Shown: positions 26,935 through 36,029 of the stretch, in pieces
Layout of the letters: every line of letters starts with the position of its first letter
Numbering within the stretch: position 1 is the stretch's first letter
Virus record (IMG/VR): IMGVR_UViG_3300020045_006153
Span: 179,550-243,549 of that record
DNA length: 64,000 nucleotides
Reading direction: 5' to 3' (one strand)
DNA from: a virus
Taxonomy: Duplodnaviria > Heunggongvirae > Uroviricota > Caudoviricetes
The notes under the pieces: generated by a model
Database searches by the model: none
What the model was told of the DNA's origin: nothing
Seen by the model: the letters and a program-made list of their open reading frames with translations, nothing else
Made by a program: the position numbers and the translations under genes

Positions 26935-27330
26935 TTAACCTAACTTATATTCGCCTGATTCAATATCTTTATGGTGTTGATCGGCTAGACGTTGACAAAG
27001 ACCTTTACGCATTTCTGAAGAAAATATATCGTTAGGGTCGCCTGGTAGTTCATTTTCGTGATAATATTTTATACAGGCTTTATTTACTAAAGGCATCCAT
27101 TTTTTAGTAAATGCACCACTATCAAATTTCTTTGCCTTTTGCATAGCAGCAATTTCATATGCTAGTGGTAAGAAATATTCTTTATGAAAATCATCATCAT
27201 CTAAAATAAACCAAAATACTTCATCTGCAACTTTTTGGTCGTCTTGTTTTGACTGTCCAGACAGTTCGTCTTTTGTATCTGATTTGCTATCAGCACCTGT
27301 TATTGCACTAAAAAATTCATAAAGTTTCAT
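26935..27330 (-). CDS. Hypothetical late protein with MKLYEFF N-terminus
   Basis: TAAATA at 27354-27349 and GGAG SD upstream. Confidence 0.75.
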   Translation of the reverse strand: MKLYEFFSAITGADSKSDTKDELSGQSKQDDQKVADEVFWFILDDDDFHKEYFLPLAYEIAAMQKAKKFDSGAFTKKWMPLVNKACIKYYHENELPGDPNDIFSSEMRKGLCQRLADQHHKDIESGEYKLG

Positions 27331-27359
27331 TGAATACTCCGTATTCAGTATTTATGTTG

Positions 27360-27779
27360 TTAATGATTGTAGTTCGTGAACAAGACTGATCCATTTGTTA
27401 AATCCGCCGAACGTTGAATTGAAGCACGTACCCATACAAAGTTTCCAGTAAAATTAACAAAATCAGTTCTTACCGCAGTTGAAGTAGTATTATTATAATA
27501 CAATTTAGTAGTATTGTCAACTAAAAACCAATCTAATTCTGTCGGGTTCGTTACTAACGATGCTTGCATAGTAGCAGTACCCATAAAATTGTTAGTTACG
27601 GTATAGGTAACTGTGTGCATCCCGTCTGCAGATCCAAAATATCCGTTACCTTTTTCCGGAGTAGAATTAAATAACGTGTCACCATTTATAGAAATTGCAG
27701 CAGACGGAATGCTAACTGATGTTGCAGTAAATGTACCGGTGTTAATAACGAAATTAAATTGTTTGCTTAGTGCTGGCAT
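27360..27779 (-). CDS. Hypothetical, beta-rich, probably virion protein
   Basis: T/N/S-rich, FTGNFVWVRA; TAAATA at 27803-27798. Confidence 0.7.
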   Translation of the reverse strand: MPALSKQFNFVINTGTFTATSVSIPSAAISINGDTLFNSTPEKGNGYFGSADGMHTVTYTVTNNFMGTATMQASLVTNPTELDWFLVDNTTKLYYNNTTSTAVRTDFVNFTGNFVWVRASIQRSADLTNGSVLFTNYNH

Positions 27780-28461
27780 TTTGTAATCCTAATGGAGTAT
27801 TTATGCTGCTCTTAAGTATAAACTCTTCAGTTTTTTTAATATTTCCGCCGAGATACATATTAACAAGTAATAATGTAGATTGAGAATCTACATATATAAA
27901 CGGCGAAGTATACCATCGTTTTGCCTCTGTTGCTAACCATTTAGTAGTCGAATCTGCTATTTTAATTTTTTCTGCATATAGATATGTCCATTTTAGAAAA
28001 CGTTGTTTAGTATCCGACGATGCTTTTGAATTTAACCAAACTTTATATCTGTATTTTTCGTGCGGGAAATGATTTACAATAACCAATTTATTAGAATTAT
28101 TTTGGATAAAATCCAACACATTATCACTTTCAGGAGAATAAGTAGTATGAACCCATTTTTTAAGAATAGATATAACAGAATCAACTGATGATCGATCTAT
28201 GCAAAATATAGAAAATGATCTGCTATCTGCTCTTACTCGAATTGATAATGTAACTTTAAGTGTTTCTATTATTTCCCTAAAGTCTACTACTTCATTTTTA
28301 TCTAAAGATGCGCCGGCGCGGTATCCTTGCGTTGGGTTAGTAACCCATTCTTTAAAAAATTTAGGAGAAAATCGAATAGCATATGCCCCTACAAGGTTGC
28401 CGTCAACCTTGTAGGGCCATTTACCGTAAAACAACTTATTGTTGGTTTTCAGGTTCTTCAT
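27754..28461 (-). CDS. Hypothetical protein
   Basis: 235-aa ORF overlapping the clpA end. Confidence 0.7.
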   Translation of the reverse strand: MKNLKTNNKLFYGKWPYKVDGNLVGAYAIRFSPKFFKEWVTNPTQGYRAGASLDKNEVVDFREIIETLKVTLSIRVRADSRSFSIFCIDRSSVDSVISILKKWVHTTYSPESDNVLDFIQNNSNKLVIVNHFPHEKYRYKVWLNSKASSDTKQRFLKWTYLYAEKIKIADSTTKWLATEAKRWYTSPFIYVDSQSTLLLVNMYLGGNIKKTEEFILKSSINTPLGLQNASTKQTI

Positions 28462-30709
28462 CTTTAGTAAGTACCGTAACAGACAATACTTCTACATAGT
28501 TAAGTGTAAGTGCAGTTCCGTCAAATCCAACTTCAACAACGCCACCATTAACTAACTTACCGAATAACATCTCCTTACTAAGAGGCTTCTTAATAAATTC
28601 ATCAATAGTGCGCTGCAACGGCCGAGCACCTAGTTTACTATCAAATCCTTTTGCAATTAAAAATTCAACTGCTTCAACTGTAGGTTTAATATGTACATTA
28701 CGATCTTTAGTCAACACATTAAGTTCATCAACAAACTTCTTAACGACTTTAATCATAGTTTCTTGATCAAGTTTACCAAATCTAATCATGCCATCTAACC
28801 GATTTCGAAATTCAGGGGCAAAAAATTTATTAATTGCATCTTTAGGATCCCCGTCACGTTCTAACGTACCGAACCCAACACCATTTTTATCTGCATCACT
28901 TGCTCCGAGATTAGATGTCATAATAATAATTAAATTTCGACCGTCTGCTTTTTTACCATTTGCTCCACTGACAATTCCGTTATCCATGAGTTGTAACAAA
29001 ATAGTTAATACCTTAGGATGTGCTTTTTCTACTTCATCAAGCAACAAAATACCATTTGGATGCTCTTGTATTTTAGTAATTAGTTGTCCAGCATTGTCTT
29101 CATACCCAACAAATCCCGGGGGACTACCAATTAATGATGCAAGTGAGTGTTCGGCTGAAAATTCACTCATGTCAAATCGCATTAGTTCAACTCCCATGTT
29201 AGATGCAAGTTGCTTTGCTGCCTCTGTTTTACCTACACCAGTTGGACCAACAAACAAGAAACTACCGATAGGTTTATTAAGAGACTTTAGTCCGGCCTGT
29301 GCAATAAAAATTTTATCAAGGAGTGAACTAATTGCAGCATCTTGCCCATATACTGTTTTCTTCATGTTCTTTTCAAGATCACGCAAATTTTTGTTTTCTT
29401 TAGATGCTATTTGATCAAGTGCAAGGCCAGTAATACGACTTACTTCAAACAAGATTTCATCGTGATCAACAACGCCGCCTTCTTCGTCTCGCAATTTGAA
29501 TCGTGCGCCTGCACAATCAATTAAATCAAGCGCTTTATCTGGCAATTTCTTATCAGTCATATATTTAACTGAATACTTTACACTATCAACAATTGCTTGA
29601 TTAGTAATCTTTACATTGTGATGTTTTTCATAATATTTTTTAACACCTTTAACAATTTTAATTGCAGTTGCTTCATCAGGCTCGTTAACTGTAACACGTT
29701 GGAATCGACGCATTAATGCACGATCTTTTTCAAAATGCTTACGATATTCTTCCCAAGTAGTAGAAGCAATAACTTTAATAGTACCTTTACTTAACGCAGG
29801 TTTGAGCATGTTTGCCATATCATTACTGCTACCAGATGACGCGCCAGCACCACTCATCATATGCGCTTCATCAATAAACAAAATACAATTTTTTTTCTTT
29901 TCAAGAGCAGACATTACATTTTTAAGACGCTCTTCAAAGTCACCGCGATATTTTGAGCCAGCAAGCATAGCACTAATATCAAGGCTATACACATGGTGAT
30001 CTTTAATAAACGTAGGTACATTACCTTCAATAATTTTACGTGCAACTCCTTCAGCAATTGCAGTTTTTCCAACTCCCGGATCGCCTACTAACATAACATT
30101 GCTCTTATGTCGACGAGCAAGGATTAATGTAAGATCGTTAATTTCAGTATCTCGACCGATAACAGGATCAATTTCTTTCTTGCGTGCCTTGTCAGTAAGG
30201 CTAGTGCAATACTGATTTAAAACCTTATCTACAACTTTATCTACAACGTCGTCAACATCTTTGTCGTCAGTCACTGCAATATCTTTGGAAATAAATTCTA
30301 AGAATTTGTCTTTTTCGATTTTTGCTTTGCGCATAAAATAATTAGCATGACTATTTTTTTCAGCAAATAGGCTAATCAAACAATCAATCGGTTCAATTAA
30401 TTGACGGCCACTGAATAACACCTGAGTAAATGCACGATTTAACATACGTTCAACTGTGTTTGTTTTTACAGGAGTTTCTCCGTCTATTAGAGTAGCAATT
30501 TCACTCAAATCTTTAGTAATAAAAATATCTAGATTTGTTTTTAATGTGTCTACATCTGCACCGTACTCAGTTAACATTTTAGCAAATACATCATCTAGCA
30601 CCATTCCGTGCAAAAAATGTTCGAGAGTTAAATATTCATGTTTGTTTTGAATTGCAGTATGAATCGCAGTTTCAAACATTGCAGACAATGCTTTATTTGG
30701 TTGTAGCAT
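28436..30709 (-). CDS. clpA: ATP-dependent Clp protease ATP-binding subunit ClpA
   Basis: Clp N domain; two AAA modules (GDPGVGKT/FIDEAH, GPTGVGKT/LLDEVEKAH); VGF ClpP-docking loop; no ClpB middle domain. Confidence 0.92.
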   Translation of the reverse strand: MLQPNKALSAMFETAIHTAIQNKHEYLTLEHFLHGMVLDDVFAKMLTEYGADVDTLKTNLDIFITKDLSEIATLIDGETPVKTNTVERMLNRAFTQVLFSGRQLIEPIDCLISLFAEKNSHANYFMRKAKIEKDKFLEFISKDIAVTDDKDVDDVVDKVVDKVLNQYCTSLTDKARKKEIDPVIGRDTEINDLTLILARRHKSNVMLVGDPGVGKTAIAEGVARKIIEGNVPTFIKDHHVYSLDISAMLAGSKYRGDFEERLKNVMSALEKKKNCILFIDEAHMMSGAGASSGSSNDMANMLKPALSKGTIKVIASTTWEEYRKHFEKDRALMRRFQRVTVNEPDEATAIKIVKGVKKYYEKHHNVKITNQAIVDSVKYSVKYMTDKKLPDKALDLIDCAGARFKLRDEEGGVVDHDEILFEVSRITGLALDQIASKENKNLRDLEKNMKKTVYGQDAAISSLLDKIFIAQAGLKSLNKPIGSFLFVGPTGVGKTEAAKQLASNMGVELMRFDMSEFSAEHSLASLIGSPPGFVGYEDNAGQLITKIQEHPNGILLLDEVEKAHPKVLTILLQLMDNGIVSGANGKKADGRNLIIIMTSNLGASDADKNGVGFGTLERDGDPKDAINKFFAPEFRNRLDGMIRFGKLDQETMIKVVKKFVDELNVLTKDRNVHIKPTVEAVEFLIAKGFDSKLGARPLQRTIDEFIKKPLSKEMLFGKLVNGGVVEVGFDGTALTLNYVEVLSVTVLTKDEEPENQQ

Positions 30710-31211
30710 TAAAATTCCTTTTATTAGATTTTGATTTTTTTACAGATAACGCCCATTTAAGAGCACTTACACGATCTTGGAAAGTAATTCCTTCTAGGTG
30801 ATCTAACTCATGTAGGAAACATTTACAGTCATATCCACTAAATTCGCTCTCTTGCCATTCACCTGCACTATTTTGCCAACGTGCTTTAATTGCACTAGGA
30901 CGTTTAATTTTAACATATACACCCGGGAAACTCAAGCATCCTTCTTCTAAATCTAATATGTCGTCTGTATTTGCAACAACAATTGGATTAAAAAATGCTT
31001 GTCCGTTTTCTGGATCTTCTATATTACCAATAACAAACATTCTAACATGTTTACCGACTTGATTAGCAGCGAGGCCAATACCGCCCAATGCATACATTGC
31101 AGTTAGCATATCTTTTTCAAGTTGTTTAGGATCCTCTGTTGGATTTAAAAAATCAAATAGAGGTAATTGTGTCCTTAGTATAGGATTTGGAAATTTTACA
31201 ATGTTTAACAT
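30693..31211 (-). CDS. def: Peptide deformylase
   Basis: GIGLAANQ, EGCLS, HELDH. Confidence 0.96.
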   Translation of the reverse strand: MLNIVKFPNPILRTQLPLFDFLNPTEDPKQLEKDMLTAMYALGGIGLAANQVGKHVRMFVIGNIEDPENGQAFFNPIVVANTDDILDLEEGCLSFPGVYVKIKRPSAIKARWQNSAGEWQESEFSGYDCKCFLHELDHLEGITFQDRVSALKWALSVKKSKSNKRNFNATTK

Positions 31212-31219
31212 ACAGATAT

Positions 31220-32035
31220 TTAAGCCATAATTTGTTTGATTAATTCTTTCTGAGAATCAGAAAGGTCTGTAGGAATTGATATTTTAATCGGAATTAATAA
31301 TCGACCTTTAAATCGATTATCATTAATATTCGGCATGCCGTACCCTTGAGCACCTAATACTGCGCCAGGCTGTGTGCCAGGTTGTACAGTTACATTTAAT
31401 GTTTTGCCATCTAACGTAGTTACTTCAAGTGAGGTACCTAACATTGCATCAAATGCAGAGATAGTATATTCTTTAATAAGATCATCTCCTTGACGAAGAA
31501 ATACCGGATGAGTGTTTACAAACACCACAAGTTGAATATCCCCTCTTGGAATATTCGGAATAGTATCATCACCCAATTCTTTTAAGCGAATAGACATTCC
31601 GTCGGGAATTCCTGCTGGAATTTTAACATCAATTACTTGATCCTTGCCGCTCGGTAGCGTTATATTTGCAACTAATTCTTTACCGTTGAATGCATCTTCT
31701 AATGAAATTCGCGTTTGAACTGTTATGGTAGAATTACGTTGTTGAGGCGGTGGCCTGCTATTAAACATATTTCCAAAATGACGCATCATTTCTTCAATTT
31801 CTGCATTATTACCAGTATGAGAATAGTGACCATTAAATCGAGGGGTGGGGTTATCGTATTCGGCCCGCTTTGTATCGTTTCCAATTACATCGTATGCAGT
31901 TTGAATAGATTTAAAAATCTCAGTATCACCACCTTTATCTGGATGGTGCTGAGATGCAAGTTTTCGATATGCTTTTTTAATTTCGTCAGACGTTGCAGTT
32001 TTTTCAACGTTTAATGTTTTATAATGATCATCCAT
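31220..32035 (-). CDS. DnaJ-class chaperone (class II, CbpA-like, no zinc finger)
   Basis: J domain with HPD; C-terminal substrate-binding domains (KIPAG, GDDL, G.GMP). Confidence 0.92.
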   Translation of the reverse strand: MDDHYKTLNVEKTATSDEIKKAYRKLASQHHPDKGGDTEIFKSIQTAYDVIGNDTKRAEYDNPTPRFNGHYSHTGNNAEIEEMMRHFGNMFNSRPPPQQRNSTITVQTRISLEDAFNGKELVANITLPSGKDQVIDVKIPAGIPDGMSIRLKELGDDTIPNIPRGDIQLVVFVNTHPVFLRQGDDLIKEYTISAFDAMLGTSLEVTTLDGKTLNVTVQPGTQPGAVLGAQGYGMPNINDNRFKGRLLIPIKISIPTDLSDSQKELIKQIMA

Positions 32036-32041
32036 TAAACA

Positions 32042-32070
32042 ATTATATAGTAACTAACTGTATTTGTCAA
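32042..32070 (-). promoter_or_regulatory. Perfect-consensus sigma70 promoter for dnaJ-def-clpA (leaderless)
   Basis: TTGACA-N17-TATAAT; ATG 7 nt downstream. Confidence 0.88.
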
Positions 32071-32100
32071 TAATTACGGCAGTTAATTTAAACACAAATG

Positions 32101-32406
32101 TTATTTTGGCGGAGGATCCGCACTATACGGAAATGCATTCATTTTTTCTTGTGTTCGACCATATGCAGAAATGCCAAGTATTGCACCCATTGCAAGATGA
32201 AACAATCCTGCACCTTGCAATGTAAGAGGTTGCCATTGGTTAGTAACTGTTCCACCATTTGTTTGTAACAAACTCCATAGAACAGGAGCCAATATAAAGT
32301 CAAATACACATATTAACATATATGTCCATCCCATCATTGGGCGCCATTTATCATTTAACCAATTTTCAGCACGTCTCGGCAATAGTGGTAAGTGTTTAGT
32401 TGCCAT
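32101..32406 (-). CDS. Probable holin
   Basis: WRPMMGW...two or more TM segments...GISAYGRTQEK; directly after the endolysin. Confidence 0.7.
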   Translation of the reverse strand: MATKHLPLLPRRAENWLNDKWRPMMGWTYMLICVFDFILAPVLWSLLQTNGGTVTNQWQPLTLQGAGLFHLAMGAILGISAYGRTQEKMNAFPYSADPPPK

Positions 32407-32411
32407 AATTA

Positions 32412-33035
32412 TTATCCCGTTAATACTGATAGTGCAAGTTTGTACCTTGCTGTTCTGTCGTCGAGACCTAATGTGCCACCATTAATTCGTTTAGTAAGAG
32501 TAAGTATATCACCAGAGTCTGCAATAGCATTTAAATTGTTAGTATGCCAATACCAGCATGCACTTTTTACTGCTCCTTCAAATGTAGTGAGATATGCAGG
32601 AGCATCATCTATAGAAATACCAATACTATCAGAAAATAATTGATAGTTTTTTCGACCAGTTAACTGAATTAATCCACGTCCGCAAAATTTAAATCCATCT
32701 CCGGATTCTTCATTTCCATTTCCTATACGATTTGCATATGCACGATTTGCAATCATTTCAGGCTTGTGAGCATATTGTGATGCATTAGTTGAATTAAAAT
32801 ATCTAGGCCAAACTCTTACAAGACTTTCTGCTCTATAATTTAAGTTTTCTTTTATTGCAGTAAATCCACTACTTTCATGGCCACATTGAGCAATAAATGC
32901 TGCAATACGTTTTGGTGTAGTAATTCCGAATTCAGGCAGTACTGCAACTAATGCAGTATACCATTCGTGTATATTTTTATTACCTTGCAATAGTTTTGCA
33001 AGTTGGGGTTCTGTTAAGGTAAATTCATCAGACAT
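32412..33035 (-). CDS. Endolysin, glycoside hydrolase family 19
   Basis: AAFIAQCGHES, ENLNY, GRGLIQLTGR.NY, TKRINGG..GL.DR. Confidence 0.93.
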   Translation of the reverse strand: MSDEFTLTEPQLAKLLQGNKNIHEWYTALVAVLPEFGITTPKRIAAFIAQCGHESSGFTAIKENLNYRAESLVRVWPRYFNSTNASQYAHKPEMIANRAYANRIGNGNEESGDGFKFCGRGLIQLTGRKNYQLFSDSIGISIDDAPAYLTTFEGAVKSACWYWHTNNLNAIADSGDILTLTKRINGGTLGLDDRTARYKLALSVLTG

Positions 33036-33037
33036 CC

Positions 33038-33078
33038 GGCTCTCCTTGTTATATTAGTATTTAAATGCAAGGAGCGCC
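33038..33078 (-). promoter_or_regulatory. SD-sequestering hairpin with a late promoter TAAATA in its loop (endolysin leader)
   Basis: GGCGCTCCTTG-N19-CAAGGAGAGCC (10 of 11 pairs); TAAATA at 33063-33058. Confidence 0.8.
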
Positions 33079-33094
33079 AAATTATATATGCATA

Positions 33095-33361
33095 TTATTT
33101 TAGTTTATTAATAATAGTTTTTTGTTTAGTGTACCACTCTTGCAATCCATTAACTTTTGTTCTACAAGAATGATATAAAGCATAGTTATCAGCAACGGTT
33201 GTAACTACCTCACTTAATTTGTCAGTATTTTGATCTACTAATTTAAGGTCTGGACAAGAAGTTGATAATGAAGCAGGCAATTCTTCTAATTTAATCGAAG
33301 AAGGAAATAGAGTAGAACAGCCAGTTAGGAAAAAAATAGAAATAATAATTATTTTTTTCAT
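33095..33361 (-). CDS. o-spanin (Rz1-like lipoprotein)
   Basis: Lipobox FLTGC; LP..L...CP.L and Y..C pattern. Confidence 0.8.
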   Translation of the reverse strand: MKKIIIISIFFLTGCSTLFPSSIKLEELPASLSTSCPDLKLVDQNTDKLSEVVTTVADNYALYHSCRTKVNGLQEWYTKQKTIINKLK

Positions 33362-33807
33362 TTTGCATCCTTAGGATATATTGCTGCATCATTTAGTACC
33401 TGTGTTGCGCTAGCATCCACTTTACATATAGAATCAATACGTTCAGTAATCGTTAAAATTCGATCTTTAATAATTACTCGTTGATGGTCGATTGCTTGTT
33501 GTTTTTGTTTTTGTACAACTTCAATTTGAGCAGTTGCTGATTGCAATTCAACTTTTGCTTTATTAATTGCAATATTTGCTTCAGTAACTTTTGCTCGCCA
33601 ATATATTTCAGTATCATTGCATCCGTACAAGTATACACCACATATAATGCAAGTCACCGAAATAACATTCAACATAGGCTTATATGGCAAAAACATAATA
33701 AGTATGTTTGAAAAAAATCCAGCGAGATATGATAAAATGCCAACTAAAAAAATAATGTATATAATTATCTGAATAAATGCTTCAGGTAATATGCTCAATA
33801 ACCACAT
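33358..33807 (-). CDS. i-spanin (Rz-like)
   Basis: N-terminal TM segments, coiled coil, C-terminal Cys; coupled to the o-spanin. Confidence 0.72.
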   Translation of the reverse strand: MWLLSILPEAFIQIIIYIIFLVGILSYLAGFFSNILIMFLPYKPMLNVISVTCIICGVYLYGCNDTEIYWRAKVTEANIAINKAKVELQSATAQIEVVQKQKQQAIDHQRVIIKDRILTITERIDSICKVDASATQVLNDAAIYPKDAK

Positions 33808-33808
33808 G

Positions 33809-34579
33809 TTACCATCCAGTCTTACTAATAATTATGGCTTGATCGCCATTTTTTATCAGAAATTTATTATCAATTTTATGAATAACATAATTTCCTAGAT
33901 ATTTTTCTAGAAATAACGTTTGTCCGTTAGATGCAGTGTCTAATTGTAACCCGCCTTCTAACAATTGCTCCATTTCTTTATAATTTCCAAATGCTTCAAG
34001 TTTGACTGTAAAATCAGATGTAAATGGTTTTCTAAAAGTCATATTGTCAGACTCGTCAATGTCTGCAACTTCAGCAGGACCTTGATCTAATACAGAACTA
34101 ACATCAGATACTTTTTGTGTGCTAATTCTAGATTGATACGATTCTTTATCAAGAGGTACAACTTCATCAAATGAATCTTTTGTAAAATCATGAGATAAAG
34201 TATCTTTAAAATATCTAAATTTCCATGAGGTACAATCACATAGTTGTCCTATGCCGCGCAATAGAGTAGCAACTTCTGTTCCTACTTCTTTATTACGTTC
34301 TAATTCAATAAAAACTGAATAATCACCGTCTGTTTCTTCACCGGTACTCATATCTGCATCTAAAACAAATGGATAACCTTTTTCAATAAATTCCATTAGG
34401 TCAATTGCTGGGAATTTATCTTTAACTTTAAATGAAATAACTAAAATACTTTCATCATTACCCATTTTACTCTTATACTGATCAAGAGTAAACCGATGAG
34501 AAACCATCCCTTTAAGGTCGCCTGATCGCAGTCCTTCAAATAATTTAGGCTGCTGCTGGTGTTGCTGGTGTATCGGCAT
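33809..34579 (-). CDS. Hypothetical phage protein
   Basis: 256 aa; IDQYKSKMG-like and FIEKGY.FVLDAD motifs; true start may be internal. Confidence 0.75.
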   Translation of the reverse strand: MPIHQQHQQQPKLFEGLRSGDLKGMVSHRFTLDQYKSKMGNDESILVISFKVKDKFPAIDLMEFIEKGYPFVLDADMSTGEETDGDYSVFIELERNKEVGTEVATLLRGIGQLCDCTSWKFRYFKDTLSHDFTKDSFDEVVPLDKESYQSRISTQKVSDVSSVLDQGPAEVADIDESDNMTFRKPFTSDFTVKLEAFGNYKEMEQLLEGGLQLDTASNGQTLFLEKYLGNYVIHKIDNKFLIKNGDQAIIISKTGW

Positions 34580-35090
34580 TTACATCTGTCTCCGGTGCTG
34601 GTGCTACTTCTTGAGTAGTCATTTGTTCAGGTTGATCGTATTTCATTAAATCAGCCAATCTATTACTATCTTTTTCTTTATAACCTTGATATATGTCTTG
34701 CATTAATTTTTTAGGCATACTAATAGTTACAACCCAGATAGGATGTGTATCTATTTTACCTTTTTTAGTATTAGGTCGAAAATCCGAAGGTTTATATACT
34801 TTACGCGGAACCATCATATGCGTTTTTTGATACGATAAGTTACATCCGTAATCTAATAATCGTTCGCCGCCTTCTGGGTCTGGCATATCAGCATAAGGCC
34901 ACAAAAATTTACAGGTGACCATGTATCGATTTACATCTGGGCCTGCTAGCAATTCGCCTTCATCCCAGTTTTTATAAACATAAATATCCAACTCGTCTAG
35001 AACTCTTTCAAAATCTTTTAAAATTTTGAAAGCAGAATCGTTTACGGATAGTGTTTGAAGGTTTTTAATAACGTCTACAATGTCTTGCAT
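34545..35090 (-). CDS. Hypothetical late phage protein
   Basis: 181 aa; TAAATA at 35115-35110. Confidence 0.78.
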   Translation of the reverse strand: MQDIVDVIKNLQTLSVNDSAFKILKDFERVLDELDIYVYKNWDEGELLAGPDVNRYMVTCKFLWPYADMPDPEGGERLLDYGCNLSYQKTHMMVPRKVYKPSDFRPNTKKGKIDTHPIWVVTISMPKKLMQDIYQGYKEKDSNRLADLMKYDQPEQMTTQEVAPAPETDVNADTPATPAAA

Positions 35091-35205
35091 AATGGGTCTC
35101 TCTTACATATATTTATATGATACGAAACAAAGGCGTTTGAATGCTCGTTTGTTTAGCAGGGGTAAATATATGTGCAGGTACTTTTGTTCACTTGAGGAGA
35201 TTAAT

Positions 35206-35955
35206 TTGCCTAGAACAAGAAAAAAAGAGCGTGGTGTGAGTCAAGAAAGAGATACCCGTTTTCAACAAGAACCCAGAATGCTTGAATTCAAGCAAACTGT
35301 GCGTAAAAAGCCGCAAGTCCAAATTATTCCGCGTAATTTAGCGCAGGAAACTTATTTGGAAATGCTTAAAAACCCAAAAAAATTCATTGTGTTTGCTATT
35401 GGACCAGCAGGTACTGGTAAAACAATGTTGGGTGTACAGATGGCCATTAAACAACTAAGAGAGGGGACAATTAGTAAAATAATTATCACTAGGCCAGCAG
35501 TTAGTGTAGATGAAGAGCATGGATTTTTACCAGGAGATCTAAATGCTAAGATGGCGCCGTGGACTCGTCCTATTATGGATGTGTTTGCTGAGTACTATCA
35601 CCCGAAAGAAATTAACGAAATGTTAGAAGAAGGCACTATTGAAATTTCACCGTTAGCATATATGCGTGGCCGAACTTTTAAAAATGCATATATTATTGCA
35701 GACGAAGTACAGAATACTACACCAGGGCAGATGAAAATGCTGTTAACTAGACTTGGTGAAGGTAGTCGTATGGTAGTTACAGGAGATTTAAATCAAGCAG
35801 ATCGTCCAAATGAAAACGGACTACTTGATTTTGTTCGATTATATGAAGAACTTAAAAACCATAAACTTATTGATATGGCGTGGTTTGATGCTTCTCATAT
35901 CGAACGACATCCAGTTGTTAAGGAAATTTTATCAATCTACAAAGAATCAGATTAA
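35206..35955 (+). CDS. phoH: PhoH-family ATPase
   Basis: GPAGTGKT, TRPAV, GFLPG, YMRGRTF, DEVQN, TGDLNQAD, RHP; TTG start after GAGGAG; TAAATA at 35163-35168. Confidence 0.95.
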   Translation: MPRTRKKERGVSQERDTRFQQEPRMLEFKQTVRKKPQVQIIPRNLAQETYLEMLKNPKKFIVFAIGPAGTGKTMLGVQMAIKQLREGTISKIIITRPAVSVDEEHGFLPGDLNAKMAPWTRPIMDVFAEYYHPKEINEMLEEGTIEISPLAYMRGRTFKNAYIIADEVQNTTPGQMKMLLTRLGEGSRMVVTGDLNQADRPNENGLLDFVRLYEELKNHKLIDMAWFDASHIERHPVVKEILSIYKESD

Positions 35956-35973
35956 TTTAATTTAAATCGTGCG

Positions 35974-36027
35974 AAACCGTACACATTCAATCATCGCCTG
36001 CACCCCTCCGATTGAACTGTACGGTTT
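35974..36027. terminator. Long hairpin between the convergent phoH and clamp-loader genes
   Basis: AAACCGTACA..TTCAATC-N17-GATTGAA.TGTACGGTTT (17 bp of stem). Confidence 0.6.
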
Positions 36028-36029
36028 TG

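Noticed and set aside
35080-35205. N-terminal extension of PhoH given by the ORF track
   Set aside because: It overlaps the divergent gene and promoter region; a strong GAGGAG SD supports the TTG start at 35206
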